From the IMG/VR virus record IMGVR_UViG_3300044843_001040, positions 1-64,000 of that record: a stretch of 64,000 bases of DNA. The stretch is one strand, 5' to 3'. Shown in pieces: positions 36,318 through 44,103 of this stretch (position 1 is the first letter of the stretch; each line of letters starts with the position of its first letter). Made by a program: the position numbers and the translations under genes. Under the pieces are notes generated by a model. That model did no database searches. It saw only the letters and a program-made list of their open reading frames with translations, and had not been told where the DNA came from. This DNA comes from an uncultured virus (IMG/VR IMGVR_UViG_3300044843_001040). Taxonomy: Duplodnaviria > Heunggongvirae > Uroviricota > Caudoviricetes.

Positions 36318-36908
36318 TTATTTAACTAAATCTTTATTGAGAGACCACATCGGGAATAACCATTGCTTGCTAAATGTGCATGCCTCGTGCGGCTGCATAT
36401 TATGCAAAAAACCATCTCCTAATTTTTCTCGACCCAAATTAATTCGATAAATATATTGCTTCGCATAAGCCGGAATAGTCCAGCCCATAAGAAAATATTC
36501 TGGCATTTTACCAGTCACTAATACTAATGGAACTTTATTTTGGTCCTTTTTCATAATCATTAATCCATCTTCTGGATCATTGATATGACGAACATTGACT
36601 TGACCTACATCGGGATAAGAATGAAATTCATTAGGTTGAGTTACCCGAGCAGTACCACCGCCCCATTCTTGAACGGCAAATTCTGCGCCTTTGGATTCCG
36701 TCGTACAGAACAAACTTTGTTCTCTAGAATTTTGAAAAGCATGATCATATAATTCATTATCTCGAGAGTCATCTTCTTGAATTTTAGCTAAACGGAAAGA
36801 TTCTTGTTGCTTCTTGTCTGGAATAATAACTTTAATCCAATCACTTTCTTGGGTGAGAATTAATTCTTTGATTCCTAAACGAGAAAATAATTCTTTATTT
36901 ATATTCAT
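36318..36908 (-). CDS. Hypothetical protein, possible PD-(D/E)XK-like fold
   Basis: GAEFAV...PDVG.VNVR pattern; fold call is weak. Confidence 0.55.
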   Translation of the reverse strand: MNINKELFSRLGIKELILTQESDWIKVIIPDKKQQESFRLAKIQEDDSRDNELYDHAFQNSREQSLFCTTESKGAEFAVQEWGGGTARVTQPNEFHSYPDVGQVNVRHINDPEDGLMIMKKDQNKVPLVLVTGKMPEYFLMGWTIPAYAKQYIYRINLGREKLGDGFLHNMQPHEACTFSKQWLFPMWSLNKDLVK

Positions 36909-36909
36909 A

Positions 36910-37365
36910 TTAATACCACAAAGCTTTTAATTTAACTACTCGCCAATATTCTTTCTCTGAATATTTTTTACCTTGAAGGTACCACGCTTTATATCCATCA
37001 GTATGATCTGCTGCAGGTCCATCTTCTCGATGCCGTTTTCCCTGAAGCCACCAATCTTTACTTCCATCGGCATATTCTATAGCTGGTCCGTTTTCTCGAT
37101 GACATCGACCGTGGATCCACCACCCTTTATATCCATTAACCTTTTCTACTGCTGAACCATCTTCTCGATGAAGAAGGCTATGACGATACCAAAATTTACT
37201 TCCATTAGAAAATTCTACTGCTGGACCATCTTCTCGATGACGCTGACCATGAAGCCACCATTCTTTATCTCCCTCATAATCTTCTACTGCCGGACCATCT
37301 TCTCGGTGCAACTGATTATTCCAGTAATAATATATACCAAATTGATCTGTTTCTATTTCTTGCAT
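36910..37365 (-). CDS. HREDGPA-repeat family protein
   Basis: 5 repeats + tail (ALWY). Confidence 0.85.
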   Translation of the reverse strand: MQEIETDQFGIYYYWNNQLHREDGPAVEDYEGDKEWWLHGQRHREDGPAVEFSNGSKFWYRHSLLHREDGSAVEKVNGYKGWWIHGRCHRENGPAIEYADGSKDWWLQGKRHREDGPAADHTDGYKAWYLQGKKYSEKEYWRVVKLKALWY

Positions 37366-37368
37366 ACT

Positions 37369-37620
37369 TTACCACAAAGTTTTTAATTTAAGTACTCGAA
37401 AATATTCTTCTTCTGAATATTCTTCGCCTTGAAGATACCAGAATTTCCGCCCATCATTATATTCCTTGGCAGGACCATCTTCTCGATGTCTTTTGCCATG
37501 AATCCACCACTCTTTATCTCCATTAACATACTCTATGGCGGGACTATTTTCTCGATGGTATTTATGACCCAAATAATAATATGTAGCATGTTCAGTGATA
37601 ATTTTTAGATGTTTTACCAT
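37369..37620 (-). CDS. HREDGPA-repeat family protein
   Basis: 2 repeats + tail. Confidence 0.85.
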   Translation of the reverse strand: MVKHLKIITEHATYYYLGHKYHRENSPAIEYVNGDKEWWIHGKRHREDGPAKEYNDGRKFWYLQGEEYSEEEYFRVLKLKTLW

Positions 37621-37856
37621 AAAGATTTTAATTTAAGTGCTCTCCAATATTCTTCTTCGGAATATCGTTTGCCTTGAAGGTACCAATATTTAGTTCCATC
37701 ATTATTTTCTATGGCGGCACCATCTTCTCGATGTAACTGACCATGAAGATACCAATATTTATCTCCATTAGTATTTTCTAGGGCTGGTCCATCTTCTCGA
37801 TGAAGTTTGCCATTACAAAAATAATGTTTATTATTAAACATATCTGTATATATCAT
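37614..37856 (-). CDS. HREDGPA-repeat family protein
   Basis: 2 repeats + tail. Confidence 0.85.
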   Translation of the reverse strand: MIYTDMFNNKHYFCNGKLHREDGPALENTNGDKYWYLHGQLHREDGAAIENNDGTKYWYLQGKRYSEEEYWRALKLKSLW

Positions 37857-37857
37857 A

Positions 37858-38451
37858 TTACCATAAAGCTTGCAATTTAACTAATCGCCAATATTTTTCT
37901 GGCGAATATTTTTTACCTTCTAGGTAAAAAGTTTTACTTCCATTAGAATGTTCTATAGCCGGGCCATCTACTCGATGGCGCAAATCATAACGCCACCATT
38001 CTTTAGTTCCATTAGCATGGATAATGGCTGGTCCATCTTCTCGATGTCGTTGATCATAACGATACCAATATTTATCTCCATTAGCCAATTCTATGGCAGG
38101 ACCATTTTCTCGATGTAATTCATCATGATGATACCAGTGTTTATCTCCATTGGCCTTTTCTACTGCTGGACCATCTTCTCGATGGAGTTGATCATGAAGA
38201 TACCATTCTTTACTGCCATCAGACCATTCTATGGCTGGACCATCTTCTCGATGTCGTCGATCATTAACCCACCACTCTTTAGTTCCATCAGCCTCTTCTA
38301 CTGCAGGGCCATCTTCCCGATGGTATTTATCATAAACCCACCAAGATTTATCTCCATTAGGATATTCTACTGCTGGACCATCTTCTCGATGAAGCTGGTT
38401 ATTCCAGCGATATCTTTTAACGCCATGTTCATCTATCTCAATTTTTTGCAT
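37858..38451 (-). CDS. HREDGPA-repeat family protein
   Basis: 7 repeats + tail. Confidence 0.85.
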   Translation of the reverse strand: MQKIEIDEHGVKRYRWNNQLHREDGPAVEYPNGDKSWWVYDKYHREDGPAVEEADGTKEWWVNDRRHREDGPAIEWSDGSKEWYLHDQLHREDGPAVEKANGDKHWYHHDELHRENGPAIELANGDKYWYRYDQRHREDGPAIIHANGTKEWWRYDLRHRVDGPAIEHSNGSKTFYLEGKKYSPEKYWRLVKLQALW

Positions 38452-38455
38452 ATTG

Positions 38456-38842
38456 CTACCATAAAGCTTTTAGTTTAACTACTCGCCAATATTCTTCTTC
38501 TGAATAGCTTTTACCTTGAAGGTGCCAATATTTATGGCCATGAGTATTTTCTATAGCTGGGCCATCTTCTCGATGTAAATTTCCATAATAATACCACTGC
38601 TTAAATCCATTAGCATAATCTATGGCCGGACCACCTTCTCGATGAAGGTGATCATAAATAAACCATTCTTTGTCTCCATTAACCTTCTCTACAGCCGGAC
38701 CATTTTCCCGATGTCTTTGACCATTAAAAAACCAATGCTTATCTCCATCATACCATTCAATAGCTGGACCATCTTCTCGATGGAATTTGCCATTCCAATA
38801 GTATTTTTTAGTTCCACGTTCATCTATTATAATTTCTTGCAT
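38456..38842 (-). CDS. HREDGPA-repeat family protein
   Basis: 4 repeats + tail. Confidence 0.85.
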   Translation of the reverse strand: MQEIIIDERGTKKYYWNGKFHREDGPAIEWYDGDKHWFFNGQRHRENGPAVEKVNGDKEWFIYDHLHREGGPAIDYANGFKQWYYYGNLHREDGPAIENTHGHKYWHLQGKSYSEEEYWRVVKLKALW

Positions 38843-38845
38843 ACT

Positions 38846-39229
38846 TTACCATAAAGTTTTTAACTTGACTACTCGCCAATATTCTTCTTCAGAGTATTCT
38901 TTATCTTGAAGAAACCATCGTTTCTCTCCATCAGCATATTCTACTGCTGGACCATCTTCTCGATGGAGTTGACCATAAATCCACCAAGATTTATCTCCAT
39001 TATAAACCTCTACGGCTGGCCCACCTTCTCGATGGTACTGGCCATAAAAATACCAACATTTATCTCCATTAACATATTCTACTGCGGGACCATCTTCTCG
39101 GTGGCGTTGACCGCGAATCCACCAAGCTTTATCGCCATTTATATATTCTATAGCCGGACCATCTTCCCGATGAAGATCTCCATTACAATAATAAAATTTA
39201 GTACCAATTATATCTATAATTTCTTGCAT
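38846..39229 (-). CDS. HREDGPA-repeat family protein
   Basis: 4 repeats + tail. Confidence 0.85.
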   Translation of the reverse strand: MQEIIDIIGTKFYYCNGDLHREDGPAIEYINGDKAWWIRGQRHREDGPAVEYVNGDKCWYFYGQYHREGGPAVEVYNGDKSWWIYGQLHREDGPAVEYADGEKRWFLQDKEYSEEEYWRVVKLKTLW

Positions 39230-39232
39230 ACT

Positions 39233-39439
39233 TTACCATAAAGCTTTTAGCTTAACTATTCGCCAATACTCTTCTTCAGAATAGTGATCGCCTGCTAGGT
39301 AAAAACTTTTTCTACCATCAGCATGTTCTATGGCCGGCCCATCTATTCGATGCCGTTGATCATTACGATACCAAGCCTTATATCCATTGGCTCCTTCTAA
39401 TGCTGGACCATCTTCTCGATGAAGAGCGCCATAAATATC
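39233..39439 (-). pseudogene. 5'-truncated HREDGPA paralog
   Basis: Frame YGALHREDGPA...YWRIVKLKALW is preceded by an in-frame TAA and lacks an in-frame ATG. Confidence 0.72.
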
Positions 39440-39471
39440 TTATGTGCCATAATCTTGCTTTCTGAAAAGTG

Positions 39472-39504
39472 TGGTCGGCCATGATGGTAACGCTCCATCG
39501 TCTA
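39472..39504 (-). tRNA. 3' part of tRNA-Ile(GAU) split by IS607
   Basis: TAGAC-GATGG-AGCGTTA-CCATC-ATGGCCG-A-CCA; pairs with the 5' acceptor strand at 41470-41476. Confidence 0.8.
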
Positions 39505-39569
39505 TAGACATTTTATTTAAAATGTATAATTTTATGTAAATTTATACTAATATAATTTCATATAAATGA

Positions 39570-40151
39570 ATGAAACTATCTCAATGGGCAAAAAAGAATG
39601 GATTAACTTATCAGACAGCATTTAACCTTTTTAAAAAAGGTCAGTTGCCAGGAAAAGTTATCCAGCTGTCATCTGGAACTATTTTAGTAGAAGAAGATTC
39701 AGTAGTTAAAAATAATCAATCATTAAAAACCTATGTTTATTGCAGAGTATCTTCTTCCAATAAGAAAGATGATTTAAATAGACAAATAGAAAGATGTTTA
39801 CAATTTTGTACTGCCAACGGCTGGGAAGTAGAGAAAGTTTATAAAGAAATTGCTTCTGGAATGAATGATAATAGAAAGCAATTAAATCTTTTATTAAATT
39901 CCGAGCCTAAAAGAATTGTAGTAGAACATAAAGATAGATTAACAAGATTTGGATTTAATTACCTAGATAGACTGTTAAATATTCTGGGATATCATCTAGT
40001 TGTTATCAACAGAGATAAAGAAGATGAAAACGATCTAATTAAAGATTTAATTGCAATAATTACTTCCTTTTGTTGTCGACTATATGGATTACGAAGAGGC
40101 GCTAAAAAAGTAAAAGCAATTAAAAAAACATTAGAGGAATCTAGTGATTAG
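39570..40151 (+). CDS. tnpA: IS607 serine recombinase TnpA
   Basis: MKLSQWAK..G.TYQTA N-terminal HTH, YCRVSS, EIASGMND.R, VVEHKDRLTRFG, SFCCRLYG.R. Confidence 0.94.
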   Translation: MKLSQWAKKNGLTYQTAFNLFKKGQLPGKVIQLSSGTILVEEDSVVKNNQSLKTYVYCRVSSSNKKDDLNRQIERCLQFCTANGWEVEKVYKEIASGMNDNRKQLNLLLNSEPKRIVVEHKDRLTRFGFNYLDRLLNILGYHLVVINRDKEDENDLIKDLIAIITSFCCRLYGLRRGAKKVKAIKKTLEESSD

Positions 40152-41403
40152 ATCTACGAAACACTATCTGCAAGATTGTAATTCTGGAAAAAAAGAAATA
40201 ATTTCTTCTTTCTTGAAAGAATATCGATTTGCAGTTCAGTCTTATATTGATTACATTTGGTCAAACAAATTATTAGATCATAATGGAAGAATCATTTGGA
40301 GCATTAATGACGATTTATTATTTCTTCCAAAATTTTTAGATTATAAAATAATAAGTCATGATAAATTATCTGCCAGGGCTCTTTCTGCGGCCTTATCCCA
40401 AGCAATTGGAATCGTTAAAGGCAGGGTATCGATTAGAAATAAAATATTATATATTATTAAAAAAAGAAAAGAAGAGAATAAGTCTTCCAATTATTGGGAA
40501 TCAAAACTTGAAAAATTAAAACTTACAAAACCAATTATTGGATCAAATTTTCAAGCAGAGCTGTCTCAAAAACAAATAGAAATACGAGAAAGTTCAAATC
40601 ACTTTAACTTGTTTATTAAGTTGTATGGAACTGGTTTTGATATTGTTAAAATTCCTATAAAATATCACAAACAAGACCAGAAATGGATTTCTTCATCTGG
40701 AAAAAGATTGGCAGGAGTTTTAATCAAAGAAAATTGTATTCAATTAAGATATGAAGTTCCAGTTCCCACTAAAAAGGTCGGAAAAACTGTTGGAGGAGAT
40801 ACTGGATTAAAAACAGCTCTTACTTTATCTAATGGGCATAAAACTCCAGAGAAAGATAATCATGGTCATTCTTTAGATTCTATTTGCAATAAAATTGCCA
40901 AAAAGAAAAAAGGATCAAAAGCTTTTAATAAAGCTCAGGATCATAGAATGAATTTTATTAATTGGTCCATTAACCAATTAAATTGGAAAGATATTGGTCA
41001 AGTCAATCTTGAACATGTGTATGATATTAAACGAGGAAAAAGAACTAGCAGAAAAATGTCTGCTTGGAGCAATCTTTTAATTCATAATAAAATAACAAAA
41101 GTTTTAGAAGAGGTTGGGGTCCAACTGAATCTACAATCCAGTCCATATCGGTCTCAGAGATGTTCTGGATGCGGAATAGTACGAAAAGCAAATCGCAAAG
41201 GTAAGGAATATAAATGTAAAGAGTGCAAGTTGCATATAGATGCAGATTTAAATGCGGCACTTAATCATGAAATAGATCTTCCTGAAATACGATTTTATTT
41301 TCGGCAGTATTTATCGAAACTATCTAGTTTCTATTGGAAATCAGAAGGTTTATTTGATAATACTGGTCAGGAGCTTAGAGTCCCTGGCACAAACAAAAAC
41401 TAA
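40144..41403 (+). CDS. tnpB: IS607-associated TnpB
   Basis: VGGDTGL, NLEH, SPYRSQRCSGCG, CKEC, DADLNAALN. Confidence 0.88.
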   Translation: MIRSTKHYLQDCNSGKKEIISSFLKEYRFAVQSYIDYIWSNKLLDHNGRIIWSINDDLLFLPKFLDYKIISHDKLSARALSAALSQAIGIVKGRVSIRNKILYIIKKRKEENKSSNYWESKLEKLKLTKPIIGSNFQAELSQKQIEIRESSNHFNLFIKLYGTGFDIVKIPIKYHKQDQKWISSSGKRLAGVLIKENCIQLRYEVPVPTKKVGKTVGGDTGLKTALTLSNGHKTPEKDNHGHSLDSICNKIAKKKKGSKAFNKAQDHRMNFINWSINQLNWKDIGQVNLEHVYDIKRGKRTSRKMSAWSNLLIHNKITKVLEEVGVQLNLQSSPYRSQRCSGCGIVRKANRKGKEYKCKECKLHIDADLNAALNHEIDLPEIRFYFRQYLSKLSSFYWKSEGLFDNTGQELRVPGTNKN

Positions 41404-41429
41404 ATATATTTTTATATATTTATGTTAAC

Positions 41430-41476
41430 TCTACTGCTTATCAGACAGTGACACTTAACTTTTGTACGAATGGCCG
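41430..41476 (-). tRNA. 5' part of tRNA-Ile(GAU) split by IS607
   Basis: CGGCCAT acceptor, D arm, anticodon arm ACTGT-CT GAT AA-GCAGT. Confidence 0.8.
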
Positions 41477-41495
41477 ATTAAAAATATTTAATATC

Positions 41496-41569
41496 TGGAG
41501 CTAACGAACGGACTCGAACCGCCAACCGCCTGTTTACAAAACAGGGCTCTACCATTGAGCTACGTTAGC
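41496..41569 (-). tRNA. tRNA-Thr(UGU)
   Basis: GCTAACG/CGTTAGC, CCTGT-TT TGT AA-ACAGG, GTTCGAGT, CCA. Confidence 0.88.
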
Positions 41570-41605
41570 TTATGATAAGCTATATTTTCAAATATAGTTA
41601 ATAAC

Positions 41606-41670
41606 TATAATGACAAAAATTGTAATTGATATAATTTAATCCGATGTAATCAATTACGGCATTCATTATA
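41606..41670 (-). ncRNA. Y-RNA-like hairpin ncRNA copy 1
   Basis: UAUAAUGA-AUGCC-GUAAUUGAU-loop-AUCAAUUAC-AAUUUUUG-UCAUUAUA. Confidence 0.65.
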
Positions 41671-41683
41671 TTTAATTTTAAAA

Positions 41684-41752
41684 TGGCGCCAACTAGCCGT
41701 TACGATCGGCTTTAGTCTTCTTTTAAGAGATTAAAAATCTATCTCTATTGGC
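41684..41752 (-). ncRNA. tRNA-like RNA with acceptor stem, T arm and CCA but no canonical D or anticodon arm
   Basis: GCCAAT...AGCCG-ATCGTAA-CGGCT-AGTTGGC-G-CCA. Confidence 0.5.
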
Positions 41753-41765
41753 AAGACAGCTGCCT

Positions 41766-41796
41766 GTCTAGATATTTAGGGATTCTAGCTTCCATT
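41766..41796 (-). promoter_or_regulatory. Motif B copy
   Basis: gtctagatatttagggattctagcttccatt. Confidence 0.6.
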
Positions 41797-41798
41797 AA

Positions 41799-41870
41799 TA
41801 TATAATGACAAAAATTGTAATTGATGTTTTTATCCAATTAAATGTAATCAATTACGGCATTCACTATATA
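41799..41870 (-). ncRNA. Y-RNA-like hairpin ncRNA copy 2
   Basis: UAUAUAGUGA-AUGCC-GUAAUUGAU-loop-AUCAAUUAC-AAUUUUUG-UCAUUAUAUA. Confidence 0.65.
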
Positions 41871-41874
41871 CTTG

Positions 41875-41947
41875 CTCTACTTCCAGGATTTGAACCTGGG
41901 ACCCACGGCTTAACAGGCCGCTGCTACTACCGCTGAGCTAAAGTAGA
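41875..41947 (-). tRNA. tRNA-Asn(GUU), no encoded CCA
   Basis: TCTACTT/AAGTAGA, GCGGC-CT GTT AA-GCCGT, GGTTCAAAT. Confidence 0.88.
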
Positions 41948-41976
41948 ATAATCTATTCAATAGATATCGTGTAGTC

Positions 41977-42005
41977 TGTCTCCACTAATGGAGCAATAAA
42001 GGCTT
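41977..42005 (-). promoter_or_regulatory. Motif A copy 5
   Basis: tgtctccactaatggagcaataaaggctt. Confidence 0.5.
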
Positions 42006-42023
42006 TCATCGCACTTAGTAGTC

Positions 42024-42055
42024 GTCTAGATATTTAAGGATTCTAGCTTCCATTA
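42024..42055 (-). promoter_or_regulatory. Motif B copy
   Basis: gtctagatatttaaggattctagcttccatta, identical to 42854-42885. Confidence 0.6.
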
Positions 42056-42076
42056 TTTATCATCCAAGATGGATGA

Positions 42077-42162
42077 TGGTAGCCCAGGAGGGACTTGAAC
42101 CCCCACACCCGAAAAGGTACCTAATCTTGAGTTAGGTGCGTCTGCCATTCCGCCACTAGGCC
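42077..42162 (-). tRNA. tRNA-Leu(CAA)
   Basis: GGCGGAATGGCAGACGC D arm, CCTAA-CT CAA GA-TTAGG, long variable arm, GTTCAAGT, CCA. Confidence 0.92.
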
Positions 42163-42175
42163 ATATTTTACTGTT

Positions 42176-42649
42176 CTAGATATTTAACATCTGTTTTTTA
42201 ACACAATAAGTTGGAGTTTGCGAATGACAATTAGGACACAATATTCTTAAATTAGAGAGAGAGTGATTGGTATTATTACCATCAATATGATCTAAATGTA
42301 AAGAAATTGGTTTACCTTGCCAATCAACAATCCCACACTGACTACAACGATAATTGAGTATTTTCTCCTTCAATAATCTATTTTTGAGATGATAGGTATT
42401 AAAGTTACTATTTTCTACTAAGATTTCTGACAGTGGAATCTTAGCATTCCAAGAATGCGTCTTCCCTTGTAAATGACCTTGACCAGTAAAATGGTCAAGG
42501 GATACTTGTAATCGTTTGATTCTAGCATAGAAGGATTTATAATTTCCTCCAGCCGGAGTTAAGTTTTGTGCTAGTAATACCTCTGCAATAGAGGTAGAGC
42601 GATTAACTAACTCGATAAACTCGAGATCTGATATTTTCGATTTAGCCAT
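42176..42649 (-). CDS. HNH endonuclease within the tRNA cluster
   Basis: CSQCG...LHLDHIDGNNTNHSLSNLRILCPNCHSQT. Confidence 0.9.
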   Translation of the reverse strand: MAKSKISDLEFIELVNRSTSIAEVLLAQNLTPAGGNYKSFYARIKRLQVSLDHFTGQGHLQGKTHSWNAKIPLSEILVENSNFNTYHLKNRLLKEKILNYRCSQCGIVDWQGKPISLHLDHIDGNNTNHSLSNLRILCPNCHSQTPTYCVKKQMLNI

Positions 42650-42656
42650 TTAAAAA

Positions 42657-42726
42657 TAAATGTGATGACTAAAATTTTTATAGATTTTTATCCTAATGTA
42701 ATCCATAAATGCATTCATCACATTTA
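42657..42726 (-). ncRNA. Y-RNA-like hairpin ncRNA copy 3 (co-varying stems)
   Basis: UAAAUGUGAUGA-AUGCA-UUUAUGGAU-loop-AUCUAUAAA-AAUUUUAG-UCAUCACAUUUA. Confidence 0.62.
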
Positions 42727-42727
42727 G

Positions 42728-42810
42728 TAGCCCAGGAGGGACTTGAACCCCCACACCCGAAAGGGTACCTGATCTTAAGTCAGGCGCGTCTGCCATTCCG
42801 CCACTAGGCC
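42728..42810 (-). tRNA. tRNA-Leu(UAA), no encoded CCA
   Basis: Near-identical to Leu(CAA); CCTGA-CT TAA GA-TCAGG. Confidence 0.92.
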
Positions 42811-42853
42811 ATATTTACTTCTTTAAGTATTTGTTTTATTATTTACCCGCTTT

Positions 42854-42885
42854 GTCTAGATATTTAAGGATTCTAGCTTCCATTA
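42854..42885 (-). promoter_or_regulatory. Motif B copy
   Basis: gtctagatatttaaggattctagcttccatta. Confidence 0.6.
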
Positions 42886-42904
42886 TTTGTCATTTGAGAT
42901 GACA

Positions 42905-42981
42905 TGGTCGGGACATCGGGACTTGAACCCGTTTTAGAGCTTTATAAGAACTCCGAGGAACACCCTTCCTCCCTGCTCCCG
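42905..42981 (-). tRNA. tRNA-Ile(UAU) with atypical acceptor/D region
   Basis: GAGTT-CT TAT AA-AGCTC anticodon arm, CGGG-TTCAAGT-CCCG, CCA. Confidence 0.7.
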
Positions 42982-42996
42982 ATAATATTTAAAATT

Positions 42997-43072
42997 TGGA
43001 GCAACTAGTGGGATTCAAACCCACACCCTCTGAGTGGAAGTCAGGAATGCTATCATTAAACACTATAGTTGC
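42997..43072 (-). tRNA. tRNA-Gly(UCC)
   Basis: GCAACTA/TAGTTGC, CTGA-CT TCC AC-TCAG, U discriminator, CCA. Confidence 0.88.
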
Positions 43073-43076
43073 TTAT

Positions 43077-43152
43077 TGGCGATCCTAGTGAGAATCGAAC
43101 TCGACATTAAAAGATTGAAAGTCTTTCATCTTAACCATTAGAAGATAGGACC
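43077..43152 (-). tRNA. tRNA-Glu(UUC)
   Basis: GGTCCTA/TAGGATC, AAAGA-CT TTC AA-TCTTT, GTTCGATT, CCA. Confidence 0.85.
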
Positions 43153-43179
43153 ATATTTATTAGATTATAATTAGACATT

Positions 43180-44082
43180 CTAGTTTCCAGTATTTAATGG
43201 AATTAAGGATTTTATTTGATTCAATAACTTTTCTCTATCTTCTAGATTTCTAATCCCAGTCCAGGGAATTCGATGCACTTGCCATCCTACTTGAGATAGG
43301 TAGGTATCTTTATTGAAATCAGACTTTTTTCTTTCTGGAAGATTATGTTGCTTGCCATCTACCTCTAATGCAATTTTAGAATCAGGAATTGTAAAATCAA
43401 TAAACCATTTATTCACCTTTAATTCCCTAATATAATTAACATTCAATTCATCTAAAATGGAGGCTACATATTTTTCTGGATATGACGGAATCAATTTATT
43501 CCGAGTGGCCCAGCCAGGATGAATACCTAACGCTACTCTTTTCTTAATAGCTTGAGAAATTTTTTGCCTAGTCAATGGAGACGGATTATTTTTTAAATAA
43601 CACAAACAATCTGGAGAACAAGTTTTAGTAATTGATTTGCCTGAAAAGAATTCTTTGTTACATACTTGACAATTTAAGGTATACTGTACTTCACCATTAA
43701 GTATGGTTGTACGTTTAGTGGAACCATGTAACTTTAATAAAGTATGAGATTTTTTTAATCTACTAGAAATAGTAGAGACTCGTTTCTTAAAGAAACGATT
43801 AGCACAAGAATAAGAACAGGTTATCTTTCTATTTTTAGAAAGAGTAGAAAAACTATTAAAACAAATCGGACAAGATTTTGTCGTCCGATCGTGAGTTCTT
43901 TGAGAACGACGAGTTGCTGTTGCATCAAAATGTTGTGTAGAAACTTGTAGTCGATCAATTATTTGCTGAATCGATTTCCAAACTTTACCATTAAAGTAAG
44001 TAAATCCTAATTTTCTAGCTAGATCGGATTTGCAAGTAGCTGCATGTATGATATTTATCAATTCATCGTCAGATAGTTCCAT
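43180..44082 (-). CDS. Vsr/DUF559-like endonuclease with Zn fingers
   Basis: SYPE...FIDFTIPDSKIALEVDGKQH...D..KD.YL...GWQVHRI; CxxC...CSxxC repeats. Confidence 0.8.
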   Translation of the reverse strand: MELSDDELINIIHAATCKSDLARKLGFTYFNGKVWKSIQQIIDRLQVSTQHFDATATRRSQRTHDRTTKSCPICFNSFSTLSKNRKITCSYSCANRFFKKRVSTISSRLKKSHTLLKLHGSTKRTTILNGEVQYTLNCQVCNKEFFSGKSITKTCSPDCLCYLKNNPSPLTRQKISQAIKKRVALGIHPGWATRNKLIPSYPEKYVASILDELNVNYIRELKVNKWFIDFTIPDSKIALEVDGKQHNLPERKKSDFNKDTYLSQVGWQVHRIPWTGIRNLEDREKLLNQIKSLIPLNTGN

Positions 44083-44103
44083 GTTGGAACATATATCAGA
44101 TGT

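Larger units (their letters stand above)
39505..41433 (+). mobile_element. IS607-family element inserted in tRNA-Ile(GAU)
   Basis: Serine recombinase + tnpB; TCTA present at both junctions (39501-39504 and 41430-41433). Confidence 0.88.

Noticed and set aside
19258..39439. CRISPR-like periodic repeat GGACCATCTTCTCGATG every ~69-72 nt
   Set aside because: The repeats are in-frame codons for HREDGP with synonymous variation, the intervening sequences are homologous to one another, and there are no cas genes.
19258..39439. Integron-like attC sites between the short genes
   Set aside because: Spacers are only a few nt, the AAAGCTTT palindrome is lost in several copies through codon changes, and no tyrosine integrase is present.
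39505..41433. IStron (self-splicing intron-IS hybrid) rescuing tRNA-Ile
   Set aside because: Only about 65 nt and 30 nt of non-coding sequence flank the ORFs, and the element is antisense to the tRNA.
41684..41752. tmRNA tRNA-like domain
   Set aside because: No G3-U70 alanine identity pair, discriminator is G rather than A, and no tag-coding region is evident.
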